The notes below the pieces were generated by a model. The model did not search any database. It saw only the letters and a list, made by a program, of their open reading frames with translations, and was not told where the DNA came from. A program made the translations under genes and the position numbers. A DNA stretch of 63,575 nt, filler included, from Octopus bimaculoides (lineage: Eukaryota), in the NCBI RefSeq assembly GCF_001194135.2. It is 5 parts of 5 records of this genome, joined end to end, with 100 filler letters (N's around TTAATTAATTAA, not from the genome) between each part and the next. Parts side by side here need not be neighbours in the genome. Positions count along the whole stretch, not along the records: positions 45,293 to 56,825 come from NC_068991.1; positions 56,926 to 62,374 come from NW_026439736.1; 3 more parts are not named here. One strand, written 5' to 3'. Below are positions 49,541-61,889 of this stretch, piece after piece; position 1 is the first letter of the stretch, and every line of letters starts with the position of its first letter.

Positions 49541-50261
49541 GGCGGTTTGATACTTGATACGCTTTGAACGTCGGATGTTGGATCCGAGAAATTCCGTGTG
49601 AGATGCGCACGCACGCACACGTGTTGGTGCGTGCGCATGTGTTTGGGTATATACGCTTATATGTGTATGTATAAGTGAGTGCATGTACATAGATGTATAG
49701 GTGTCAGTCTCTATATTCAGGTATTTGTGTGTGCGCATGCGTGTATGTATATGTGTGTATCTATGCGTCTGGGTGATACATATGTGAGTGTGCGAGTTTG
49801 TAAAATGTGCTCGTGCATGCGTGTGTGTGCATATGAAGGTGTGTGTGTGTGTGTGTGTTTGTGAGCGTGTGTTTAAGTCTTTGCCTGAGTGGAGTTATTT
49901 ACGTGTGTATGTGTGTATATGCCAATATAAGTGTGTGTATGTGTGAGTGCATGTGTGTGTGATTGCTTGTGTGTAAGGTGAGTGTAAGAACGAATTCTTT
50001 TTGTGTGTGTGTCTCTGCGTGTGTAAGTGCGAACTCTCCCGACGTCTGTGTGTCTGTAATAATATATCATTCTCTATTGTGCATCTGTGTGTCTGCATTT
50101 TGCATAGGTGTGCGTACCTGTGTGCTTGTAGTTGCTTTCAAATGCGTGTGCATCTGTGTGTGTTGTGCATGAGTATGTATACGTATGCCCTGTGATCACG
50201 TGGATATACTCGCGTGCATGGTCGTGTGCGAATGTGTCTGCAAATGTGGGTGAACTATACG

Positions 50262-50341
<80 letters not shown>

Positions 50342-50479
50342 CACACACTCACACACAAAGATTAGACCGAAATAATACAAAAGTGTACTCTTTTATGTTA
50401 ACCAACATAAGTCGTTCACATTGCTTACATTGGTTGAGTATCTCTGCCTCTCTACAAAAGACTCTACTTAGTATAATCT

Positions 50480-51480
50480 GCACCACCAACGACCTAACTC
50501 GTGAATCCCCCTTTTCCAAGACTTCAGCCATGTACTGCTGTAACTGCTTCGTCATGCCCACTTCCACCCCTTCTGATCATTGTCCACGAAATCTACTCTT
50601 TACTGGACAAAACAGTGAGAAGTCGTGGGTGCCAGATCCGGGCATCTGTACAACAGATAAACTTCATCTGTACAGCAGATGAAGTTCGTTGGCCAACCCA
50701 ATTTGATAATTGTCTGATTTTTGATAACTGCCAGGAATGTGTATGATTACACATTCTCATGGTCAATATGTATCGTTTTCGGTTTCTTGTTTGGTCGCTT
50801 CCTCTTAACGGCTTCTCTAAGAATTTTAAGGGTCTCAATCTACCACTCGCTGTTCCCAGGACAGCCAGCCTCTCCCATAAAAAGCCGTCACCATGATCTT
50901 CTGTGTCGATCACTAACTCTTGGAAGTCTAAGACTTTAGAAAAGTGATGTGACACAAATCTAAGAACTGATCTTTTGTTTCCGGATCTTAAAGTTACGGC
51001 CACGTTTCATCCTCTATCATCACAATAGAACAACGTGCGTCTTCATTGACTTCAAACGCTTCCGTTAAATCATAGCAAACGTCTATCTTTCTTTCTTTCC
51101 TTCTTTCTTTTAAATCGGGTATTAACTGCCGTGGTACCCACTAAGCAAATTCTGTCCGATATTCAAGTCTACCACCATCTTCTGTAATGCATTTTGATCG
51201 CGAATCAGTTGTGTAGCAAACTCGTGGATTCTGACTCGTTTATCCTCACCAATTACTTCTTCCACTCTCGGGGTTCCTTTTAGTGGTCGCAGTTGGTGAC
51301 CTCCCACTGCGTCGTTTGTCATCATTGCTGGTTCTCCACTTCTTTAAACTTCATCCATTTATTCACCACGCTTTTGTCACTGGTGTCATCTCCGTAAATA
51401 ACATGTTGCTTTCTGTAGGTATCGAGCAAAATCCCAAATTTCATTTAATTTGCTTTGTAGGAGCAACTGTTTTGTCGAAG
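50480..51480 (-). mobile_element. Second decayed mariner transposase
   Basis: VIYGDDTSDKSVVNKW (HTH), RVEEVIGEDKRVRI, WVPRQL (51123-51140), SIVMIEDETW, HENV*SYT (HDNARPHT-like), PDLAP. Confidence 0.88.
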
Positions 51481-51905
51481 AAGTATCTTGTCGTGAATTG
51501 CTTGAAATATGGAGTAGAAAAACAGCCGACAACTGATGAAGGGCTGTTCTTTATGTTGCTTGTCTTGTTTTCCATTTGTTTCTTTCGTTGTTTGCAAAAA
51601 GTGTTCGTATTCCGTATATTGTTCAAAACAGCTTGATTTGTATTCCGTGCTGCTTAAAGTTAGTTTCAAAGCCCCTAACGGAGCCTTACCAGAGGCCAGT
51701 GAAAATCCGAATCTCAGCAAAACTTGGGGCCTTCAAGAGGAGGGGTTTTGATATAAAAGGGTACAAGTCGACGATGTCAACCTGGGTGAATTTGCAGGAT
51801 GAATTATACACGGTACTACGGAACCAGTCGATCACAGCTGCATTGGAATCCCATTGAATCAACCCTGTAGCCCTTCTGATGTTGGGGTTGATAGTTTCAG
51901 ATCCC

Positions 51906-51980
51906 CACTGGCCTGAGGAAAGGCTCCGTTATATATGCGCGCAGGCATATAGATGCGAAACTGATGATCGGTTATGTGAA
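51906..51980 (+). ncRNA. Degenerate hammerhead-like motif
   Basis: CTGAGGA (51913-51919)..TATATGC/GCATATA hairpin..GC GAAA, stem III ACTGA-TGA-TCGGT. Stem I is missing. Confidence 0.3.
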
Positions 51981-52029
51981 ACTCTGAGTAACAGTTTGTG
52001 AAGTGTTTGTCGGCTTTCATAAAAAAAAT

Positions 52030-52072
<43 letters not shown>

Positions 52073-52217
52073 TCCACACGTATAGAGATTCTTTCACTTA
52101 CATAAACACATACAAATATCCAGCGATATATAAATATATGCATATACATACATGCCTACATCCAAATACATACATCCATACTCACATTTACAAACCCGTA
52201 TACACTCATATATACAA

Positions 52218-52247
<30 letters not shown>

Positions 52248-52248
<1 letters not shown>

Positions 52249-52380
52249 TGGGAGAATATACAAAAAATAACAACAGACGAGGACAGGTGGTGTAAATAAC
52301 AAAAGTATATATTAGTATGACACTCGGGAATACGGAAAGTCTTTGACGTTTCGAGCTACGCTCTTCAACAGAAAGAATAC
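52248..52380 (-). mobile_element. Hammerhead-bearing interspersed repeat, copy 2
   Basis: Matches 34675-34810 with a handful of substitutions, none inside the ribozyme motif. Confidence 0.75.
52340..52376 (-). ncRNA. Minimal type I hammerhead motif with CUGUUGA core, copy 2
   Basis: Exact reverse complement of 34681-34717. Confidence 0.7.
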
Positions 52381-52435
52381 NNNNNNNNNNNNNNNNNNNN
52401 NNNNNNNNNNNNNNNNNNNNNNNNNNNAAATAAAG

Positions 52436-52494
<59 letters not shown>

Positions 52495-53785
52495 GCACAC
52501 ACATAATGAGGCACACACCATATAATTACAGATAGACAGACACACACATATATAAATACACACATACATGTATATATATACATATATATAAATACACACA
52601 CATACATGTCATGTATATATATACACACACTTACATATAAATACTCATATATACATGCATATATACATATACACACATATATGCAAATATACACAGACAT
52701 GTATATACATGCACATATATATAAATGCACACACGTGTATATATATAGACACAGACATATAAATACACACACACATACATAGTTACGACATTTTTTTATT
52801 TATTTTTATTCCTTCCTTGCCATTCTATTTTCATGTTTAAAAACATGGCGTAGAGTTTCTTGGGTGAAGGAGGGGGGAAAAGGAATGGCGTGCGGTGTGT
52901 AATGCAGAAGGAGAAATAGGTGCGATGAGAGATGGCGGCGGCGTAGGTATTGGTGGTGGTGGTGGTGGTGGTGGTGTGACGATAGTTACGACGATTGNNN
53001 NNNNNNNNNNNNNNNNNNNNNNNNNNNNNNNNNNNNNNNNNNNNNNNNNNNNNNNNNNNNNNNNNNNNNNNNNNNNNNNNNNNNNNNNNNNNNNNNNNNN
53101 NNNNNNNNNNNNNNNNNNNNNNNNNNNNNNNNNNNNNNNNNNNNNNNNNNNNNNNNNNNNNNNNNNNNNNNNNNNNNNNNNNNNNNNNNNNNNNNNNNNN
53201 NNNNNNNNNNNNNNNNNNNNNNNNNNNNNNNNNNNNNNNNNNNNNNNNNNNNNNNNNNNNNNNNNNNNNNNNNNNNNNNNNNNNNNNNNNNNNNNNNNNN
53301 NNNNNNNNNNNNNNNNNNNNNNNNNNNNNNNNNNNNNNNNNNNNNNNNNNNNNNNNNNNNNNNNNNNNNNNNNNNNNNNNNNNNNNNNNNNNNNNNNNNN
53401 NNNNNNNNNNNNNNNNNNNNNNNNNNNNNNNNNNNNNNNNNNNNNNNNNNNNNNNNNNNNNNNNNNNNNNNNNNNNNNNNNNNNNNNNNNNNNNNNNNNN
53501 NNNNNNNNNNNNNNNNNNNNNNNNNNNNNNNNNNNNNNNNNNNNNNNNNNNNNNNNNNNNNNNNNNNNNNNNNNNNNNNNNNNNNNNNNNNNNNNNNNNN
53601 NNNNNNNNNNNNNNNNNNNNNNNNNNNNNNNNNNNNNNNNNNNNNNNNNNNNNNNNNNNNNNNNNNNNNNNNNNNNNNNNNNNNNNNNNNNNNNNNNNNN
53701 NNNNNNNNNNNNNNNNNNNNNNNNNNNNNNNNNNNNNNNNNNNNNNNNNNNNNNNNNNNNNNNNNNNNNNNNNNNNNNNNNNNNN

Positions 53786-53816
<31 letters not shown>

Positions 53817-54419
53817 GGAAGAACTTCTACGTGATCACTGAGGCTGCTAGAAATAATAGCCAAATCACTCTCAAATCACATCTTATTGTATTAAAAGGAA
53901 CTCGTTAGATGATGCGGTTCTGGGTTCTCTGCATATGGAAAAGGATGGGATGGTCATGGCTGAATTTTGAACAAGTCTATGCTCAATCAGAGTTGGCCTA
54001 GGGCTAAACAACCTCAACGACTGACATGCACACAACAGCACAACATGAGCGCACGCATACACACACACACACACATACACATACACAAATGCGCACGCGC
54101 ATACATGCGCGCGTGTGAAACAAGCAATATTTGTAAGACAAACATACAAAGAAAACAACAAAAACAACGATTAGTTTTATCTTTACAATTGATGCTAGTA
54201 AAGTTTCTTTAATCCTTTGCCCTTGAGGCAAATAACGAGGCAACTGTTTTTGGTAACAGAAGTCTCCCATTTGTCATGGCTTGCGTTCGATTGTTACGCA
54301 GGAAACAACTTCGAAACTGGAATGGAACCGGTGACAATCGAAATCTTTAACACAACCAAGTAATTTTAGAAACATCCGGGCATCTGAATAAAAATGGAAC
54401 GCTTATAAAATTGCAGTCG

Positions 54420-54493
<74 letters not shown>

Positions 54494-54559
54494 GTCGTCG
54501 TCGTATGTATGCATGTATGTAGTGTATGTTTTTTTTTCGTTGTTGTTGTCTGTGTTTGT

Positions 54560-54750
54560 CCTACCACCACCCCTGACAACCGGTGTCAGTGTGTCAACGT
54601 CCCAATAACTTAACGTTTCAGTAAACGAGATCGATGGGATAAGAACCAGGCTTTAAAAATTAAGAACTGGGGTCGATTCATTCGACTAAAGACTCTTGAA
54701 GGTGGTGCCCCAGCATGGCCGCAGTCTAATGACTGCAGCAAGTAGAAGAT
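54560..54750 (+). mobile_element. SINE 3' half
   Basis: tgacaaccggtgtcag..ggggtcgattcattcgactaaa..ggtggtgccccagcatggccgcagtctaatgact. Confidence 0.8.
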
Positions 54751-55277
54751 AATCGGAGAGCTGTGCTCCTGTCCACGGCTGAAAACGTACGGCTGACAGC
54801 TTTGCAAAGGTAGCTACACATTCGTACCACACCAAACGCCATATAAATAGGATACTCATAGATTATCCGGTATCATCTACAAGAGACACCATACCACATA
54901 GATAACTAGATCGGATTATACTATATCTACGTCTATAGTATATTTGATATCAAGTTCTGTTTGGCAGATATTGTTACACACTGTTCCGCTTATTTGGTAT
55001 TCTTTTAATCCTTGCGACGAATTGTTTCTTTAATCCCAAAGACAGCTGCCACGCGTGAGGATAAGATCTCGTGTTCTTCTTTATTGTCACGTGATGTTCA
55101 ATCTGTAAGTGTGGTTTCGGTTGTTGTCAAAGCTCTATGCTGTTAAAAACGTCGCACAAGAACTTCTGTAACATTTCATTACCGACCCTGTTACTCGTTT
55201 ATTGCCTTACCTCCTACATCACCAGATTCCTGCACAGCACACACAAGAACTCTGTGTGTGCGCGTGTGTGTGTATGT

Positions 55278-55353
<76 letters not shown>

Positions 55354-55491
55354 CTTTGTGATTACTCACACAATCTAAATGTTTGCAATGACAATAGACT
55401 GCGTGTGCACGTATATATATATGAGTGTGTGTGTGTATGTATGTATGTATATGCGTGAGTATGCGTTTTTGAATGTGTGTATATTGCATTA

Positions 55492-55542
<51 letters not shown>

Positions 55543-55714
55543 ATCTATACACAAATGCATACATACATACATACATAACATAACATACATACATACATAC
55601 ATAACATACATACATACACACACATATTCATACATGTACATATATGTGAATTTGTATATATCTATATATGTGTATATAACAATGTTTTATATATATAAAG
55701 GTATATATATCTTC

Positions 55715-55825
55715 TTTTATTCTTTTATTTGTTTCAGTCATTTGACTGCGGCCGTGCTGGAGCGCCGCCTTTAGTTGAGTAAATCGACGCCCATTACTTA
55801 TTCTTTGTAAGCCTAATACTGATTC
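55715..55825 (-). mobile_element. SINE 3' end
   Basis: ttttatttgtttcagtcatttgactgcggccgtgctggagcgccgcctttagt. Confidence 0.8.
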
Positions 55826-56579
55826 TATTTCGGAACATCGGTAATATTCGGATCAAAGGGACTATCGTCATTCTAAACTGAATCCATCCATCAGAAATAA
55901 CCGCAAATGGCACGACGCGGACTGGTTGTTATGAAAATACTAGTCTACTTTCGTCGCAACCTCCTCCCATGTACCTGATACCATATTCTTACCATCCGCC
56001 ACCTTATCAGGAAAACTAGTTCTACCCTCAAAACATCACTTCTGTTTACTTCTTTTCGATTTGTTTTCCTGCGTTCTGCTTTTGTCCAGCCAGGTTGTTT
56101 GTTGAGATTCTCTGCAAGGTAAATGCAAATTTCAAACAAATGTCATTATGATTTTGAATAAAAGGTTTCTTCAAAGAATGTAATCAGAATAAACAGTTAT
56201 TTAACAAGGCTGGTAGATGTCGACATTAATGTTGGAAATGGTAGACTTCGTGGTAAAATTGATTAATAGATTCCCGCGTCAAGCATACGTCTATTCCCGC
56301 CTACAGATTGCGTATGTATATGTATTTGTATGTTTTTACATAGACACGTGCATATGATATATAGATATATGTCTATTTAATTGACTATATTTATATATGT
56401 CTGTATAGATGTATATCTGTATGAATGGATATCTGTCTGTCTGTGTGTCTGTCTGTTATGGTTGCATTTTAGCCTATAGCCAACCAGTGTAAACAACAAC
56501 AGCAACAACTATATGAATAATCTCGCTGTGTTCACTTTTGTACACATTGAAACCTGAGACCTGTTCTCTCTCTCCCTCT

Positions 56580-56640
<61 letters not shown>

Positions 56641-56825
56641 GATATATATGTATGTATGTATATATATGTATATATATGTGTGTGTGTGTATTTCTCTTGC
56701 GTTCTTTTCTTCTCTGATTCTGTATTTATCTCTCTTTATTAACGTATGTCGATTAATCTATTTAACTTTCTGTCTATTTATCTATCTATCTTGCTACGTA
56801 TCAATCTCTCTCTCTCTCTCTCTCT

Positions 56826-56925
56826 NNNNNNNNNNNNNNNNNNNNNNNNNNNNNNNNNNNNNNNNNNNNTTAATTAATTAANNNNNNNNNNNNNNNNNNN
56901 NNNNNNNNNNNNNNNNNNNNNNNNN
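56826..56925. other. Artificial scaffold-join spacer
   Basis: 44 N + TTAATTAATTAA + 44 N. Confidence 0.95.
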
Positions 56926-58358
56926 ATACATACATACATACATACATACATAGAAAAATACCCTGTTGTTGATGTTGAAATTCAAAACAAGGAATACTGG
57001 ATCTAGATTAGAAAACGGTTCCTTGTTTTGGCAAAAAAAATCTGTGAAATAAAGTTGCATAATGACATATATACATAGATAAATACACAGACATATATAT
57101 GGGTATCTGTGTGTGTGTGTATGTGCATGTATATATATATATATATATATATATANNNNNNNNNNNNNNNNNNNNNNNNNNNNNNNNNNNNNNNNNNNNN
57201 NNNNNNNNNNNNNNNNNNNNNNNNNNNNNNNNNNNNNNNNNNNNNNNNNNNNNNNNNNNNNNNNNNNNNNNNNNNNNNNNNNNNNNNNNNNNNNNNNNNN
57301 NNNNNNNNNNNNNNNNNNNNNNNNNNNNNNNNNNNNNNNNNNNNNNNNNNNNNNNNNNNNNNNNNNNNNNNNNNNNNNNNNNNNNNNNNNNNNNNNNNNN
57401 NNNNNNNNNNNNNNNNNNNNNNNNNNNNNNNNNNNNNNNNNNNNNNNNNNNNNNNNNNNNNNNNNNNNNNNNNNNNNNNNNNNNNNNNNNNNNNNNNNNN
57501 NNNNNNNNNNNNNNNNNNNNNNNNNNNNNNNNNNNNNNNNNNNNNNNNNNNNNNNNNNNNNNNNNNNNNNNNNNNNNNNNNNNNNNNNNNNNNNNNNNNN
57601 NNNNNNNNNNNNNNNNNNNNNNNNNNNNNNNNNNNNNNNNNNNNNNNNNNNNNNNNNNNNNNNNNNNNNNNNNNNNNNNNNNNNNNNNNNNNNNNNNNNN
57701 NNNNNNNNNNNNNNNNNNNNNNNNNNNNNNNNNNNNNNNNNNNNNNNNNNNNNNNNNNNNNNNNNNNNNNNNNNNNNNNNNNNNNNNNNNNNNNNNNNNN
57801 NNNNNNNNNNNNNNNNNNNNNNNNNNNNNNNNNNNNNNNNNNNNNNNNNNNNNNNNNNNNNNNNNNNNNNNNNNNNNNNNNNNNNNNNNNNNNNNNNNNN
57901 NNNNNNNNNNNNNNNNNNNNNNNNNNNNNNNNNNNNNNNNNNNNNNNNNNNNNNNNNNNNNNNNNNNNNNNNNNNNNNNNNNNNNNNNNNNNNNNNNNNN
58001 NNNNNNNNNNNNNNNNNNNNNNNNNNNNNNNNNNNNNNNNNNNNNNNNNNNNNNNNNNNNNNNNNNNNNNNNNNNNNNNNNNNNNNNNNNNNNNNNNNNN
58101 NNNNNNNNNNNNNNNNNNNNNNNNNNNNNNNNNNNNNNNNNNNNNNNCATACATACATACATATAAAGAGATGATACAGGAACAGAATGAAAAAGCCAGA
58201 GAGAAGAAGGAAGAATATGCTAGGGACCGACAGATAAAGACTGCATTCACGAAAANNNNNNNNNNGAATATGCTAGGGACCGACAGATAAAGACTGCATT
58301 CACGAAAAACGATACGGAAGCACAAACATATAGGAATATGCATATAAACACCAGTTCC

Positions 58359-58391
<33 letters not shown>

Positions 58392-58426
58392 NNNNNNNNN
58401 NNNNNNNNNNNNNNNNNNNNNNNNNN

Positions 58427-58463
<37 letters not shown>

Positions 58464-59924
58464 CACACACACATATTACACACAAACACACACACACATA
58501 CACACACACATATTACACACAAACACACACACACANNNNNNNNNNCACACACACACATACACACACACATATTACACACAAACACACACACACACACACG
58601 TGTACCCAAAGATTTATGTACTCACGTATTTGCAGCAATAATATTACGCACAGTATATCGAACTAATGAATAATCTATTTTGATTCATTATAGAAATAAG
58701 CTGAAAAATGNNNNNNNNNNNNNNNNNNNNNNNNNNNNNNNNNNNNNNNNNNNNNNNNNNNNNNNNNNNNNNNNNNNNNNNNNNNNNNNNNNNNNNNNNN
58801 NNNNNNNNNNNNNNNNNNNNNNNNNNNNNNNNNNNNNNNNNNNNNNNNNNNTATTTCGTGTTCATCATCTTTACTATTTAATGTCACATTCTCTCTTGAG
58901 ATTCAGGAATTCGTCTGGAAGCAAATATAGTGAGTGAATGTATTCGCCAGTGAAGTATATGTTTCTGGTTGGAACCCCCAGGTTTTCTCTCCTGAAATCG
59001 CCTGNNNNNNNNNNNNNNNNNNNNNNNNNNNNNNNNNNNNNNNNNNNNNNNNNNNNNNNNNNNNNNNNNNNNNNNNNNNNNNNNNNNNNNNNNNNNNNNN
59101 NNNNNNNNNNNNNNNNNNNNNNNNNNNNNNNNNNNNNNNNNNNNNNNNNNNNNNNNNNNNNNNNNNNNNNNNNNNNNNNNNNNNNNNNNNNNNNNNNNNN
59201 NNNNNNNNNNNNNNNNNNNNNNNNNNNNNNNNNNNNNNNNNNNNNNNNNNNNNNNNNNNNNNNNNNNNNNNNNNNNNNNNNNNNNNNNNNNNNNNNNNNN
59301 NNNNNNNNNNNNNNNNNNNNNNNNNNNNNNNNNNNNNNNNNNNNNNNNNNNNNNNNNNNNNNNNNNNNNNNNNNNNNNNNNNNNNNNNNNNNNNNNNNNN
59401 NNNNNNNNNNNNNNNNNNNNNNNNNNNNNNNNNNNNNNNNNNNNNNNNNNNNNNNNNNNNNNNNNNNNNNNNNNNNNNNNNNNNNNNNNNNNNNNNNNNN
59501 NNNNNNNNNNNNNNNNNNNNNNNNNNNNNNNNNNNNNNNNNNNNNNNNNNNNNNNNNNNNNNNNNNNNNNNNNNNNNNNNNNNNNNNNNNNNNNNNNNNN
59601 NNNNNNNNNNNNNNNNNNNNNNNNNNNNNNNNNNNNNNNNNNNNNNNNNNNNNNNNNNNNNNNNNNNNNNNNNNNNNNNNNNNNNNNNNNNNNNNNNNNN
59701 NNNNNNNNNNNNNNNNNNNNNNNNNNNNNNNNNNNNNNNNNNNNNNNNNNNNNNNNNNNNNNNNNNNNNNNNNNNNNNNNNNNNNNNNNNNNNNNNNNNN
59801 NNNNNNNNNNNNNNNNNNNNNNNNNNNNNNNNNNNNNNNNNNNNNNNNNNNNNNNNNNNNNNNNNNNNNNNNNNTATGTATGTAAAGAATAAAAAGTTTA
59901 GAATGGTACAACAATGCACTATAA

Positions 59925-60218
59925 GGTACTACTAAAGCAGCATGGTCCCGAACGCGCAGTCGCGCAGTCGCGCGTCCGGGCTAGCTAGTCGTGAGTAGTC
60001 GATCCTAACCCTAACCCTAAACATGTATTCATTTGCACACGCGGGTTNNNNNNNNNNNNNNNNNNNNNNNNNNNNNNNNNNNNNNNNNNNNNNNNNNNNN
60101 NNNNNNNNNNNNNNNNNNNNNNNNNNNGTTAGGGTTAGGATCGACCACTCATGACTAGCTAGCGCGGACGCGCGACTTCGCGACTGCGCGTTCGGGACCA
60201 TGCTGCTTTAGTAGTACC
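59925..60218. mobile_element. MITE with ~91-bp CpG-rich TIRs ending inwards in (CCCTAA)n
   Basis: GGTACTACTAAAGCAGCATGGTCCCGAACGCG..GATCCTAACCCTAAC (from 59925) versus the reverse complement of 60128-60218; 4 mismatches counted by eye. Confidence 0.9.
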
Positions 60219-60271
60219 GCATTATAATACAAAAAATGGACTATATAGCTGTTATAATTTAGTTATCCATT

Positions 60272-60312
60272 GTCTCATGATATTTCGGAATACAATTCCT
60301 TCTTCAGATATT
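60272..60312 (-). ncRNA. Minimal type I hammerhead, left arm of foldback element 2
   Basis: Minus strand TAT CTGAAGA A GGAAT TGT ATTCC GAAA TAT C ATG; AUC triplet, cleavage after 60279. Confidence 0.7.
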
Positions 60313-60714
60313 CTTAGATGGAGTCTNNNNNNNNNNTCTTCAGATATTCTTAGATGGAGTCTCTGCTATAAACTGTTTTCCAACGGATTTTCCTTTTTCC
60401 GAAGCGTCTCAGTAGAGGCCTCACGAATCTCCTTCCGGAATTCCTCATGAGAAGTGCGTGAGGTCGGCCATGTCTCAANNNNNNNNNNNNNNNNNNNNNT
60501 GTAGCGCTGCTTCCAAGTTATGTGTTATACGTGCAGCTTCCCTTTTTTTTCCTTTTTTTTTCCATCCATCTATCCATCCTTCCATCCATGCATCTATCCA
60601 TCCATCCTTTCGTCTATCCATCCATCCATCCATCTATCTATATATCTACCTGTCTGTCTGTTTGTCTCTCTCTGTCTGTCCGGCCATCAGGCTATCCGTC
60701 TGTCTGTCTATCTA

Positions 60715-60852
60715 TTTCTTATTATAACTTTTTCCAAAAATTCTTTTCCGTCCGCCTGTCTGGTGTTAGTTGTAAATCTTTTCAAGAAATAACTTGATCT
60801 CCTACTAGGCAAGGTCCCAGATGAACCTACATCATACCAAGAAACTGTATAC
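60715..60852 (+). mobile_element. CR1-like LINE 3' remnant inside foldback element 2
   Basis: NLFKK*LDLLLGKVPDEPTSYQE; a diverged duplicate of 61890-62030. Confidence 0.65.
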
Positions 60853-61059
60853 AAGGAAAAAAAGGGAAGTTGCACGTATAACACATAACTTGGAAGCAGC
60901 GCTATAGATGTACCAACACACACGAGATTGAGACATGGCCGACCTCACGCACTTCNNNNNNNNNNATTCCGGAAGGAGCTTCGTGAGACCACTGCTGAGA
61001 CGCTTCCGAAAAAAAGAAAACCGTTAGAAAACAGTTTATAGCAGCGAATACCATCTAAG

Positions 61060-61095
61060 AATATCTGAAGAAGGAATTGTATTCCGAAATATCAT
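61060..61095 (+). ncRNA. Minimal type I hammerhead, right arm of foldback element 2
   Basis: CTGAAGA 61065-61071, A, GGAAT/ATTCC stem II, GAAA 61086-61089, palindromic ATAT stem III, C17 at 61093. Confidence 0.7.
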
Positions 61096-61889
61096 NNNNN
61101 NNNNNNNNNNNNNNNNNNNNNNNNNNNNNNNNNNNNNNNNNNNNNNNNNNNNNNNNNNNNNNNNNNNNNNNNNNNNNNNNNNNNNNNNNNNNNNNNNNNN
61201 NNNNNNNNNNNNNNNNNNNNNNNNNNNNNNNNNNNNNNNNNNNNNNNNNNNNNNNNNNNNNNNNNNNNNNNNNNNNNNNNNNNNNNNNNNNNNNNNNNNN
61301 NNNNNNNNNNNNNNNNNNNNNNNNNNNNNNNNNNNNNNNNNNNNNNNNNNNNNNNNTGGATAGCTGAATGGATCCATCTATCCCTCCGTCTATCCATCCA
61401 TTCATGCATCTATCCATGCATCTATCCATCCATCCTTTCATCCAACCATCCATTCATCTATCTATCTACCTGTCTGTCTGTTTGTCTCTCTCTCTGTCCG
61501 TCCGTCCATCCGTCTGTCCGTCTCTCTGTCTATCTATTATTTCAGTCCTTCATGCGTTTCAGCCCAAACACTCTGGCCATGCCACCATTTCACCTTTTCA
61601 ATGGCCGTTCGTATGCGATTGACTTTTGATGACTGAACGTGTTCGTTATTGCTCTCCTCTGATGAGTTTCTTGCCGTCATGTAGGTTCGTCTGGCACCTT
61701 GGATAGCAGGAGGTCAAGGCTCTTGAAGACATCTACCCCTACTCTATTTAGATCTCTCGGATGCTTTGGCTAACTATTAAGTAGTTGTGGTCCCTTGAAA
61801 CTCAAGCTATTGCAGTACGTGGTCCTCACTCTAGACCGGACGGTTGGATATTTACCTTTGTTAGCAAAAACGACGCGAAAATCTCATTC

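Larger units (their letters stand above)
60261..61095. mobile_element. Foldback element 2: ~250-bp diverged inverted arms, each with an outward-reading hammerhead near its tip
   Basis: 60277-60554 is the reverse complement of 60853-61095 with scattered substitutions. The right arm runs into an N gap. Confidence 0.88.

Noticed and set aside
54840-55112. TATAAATAG, E-boxes and a GTAAGT donor as a promoter and first exon
   Set aside because: Short motifs are expected by chance in AT-rich DNA and no linked gene was found.
58214-58600. Exact duplications around 10-N gaps (gaatatgctagggaccgacag..; catattacacacaaac..)
   Set aside because: Assembly overlap artefacts; the same applies to 60301-60362.
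61655-61810. CTGATGA with a downstream GAAAC
   Set aside because: The complementary segment pairs with the core itself, so no hammerhead geometry is possible.
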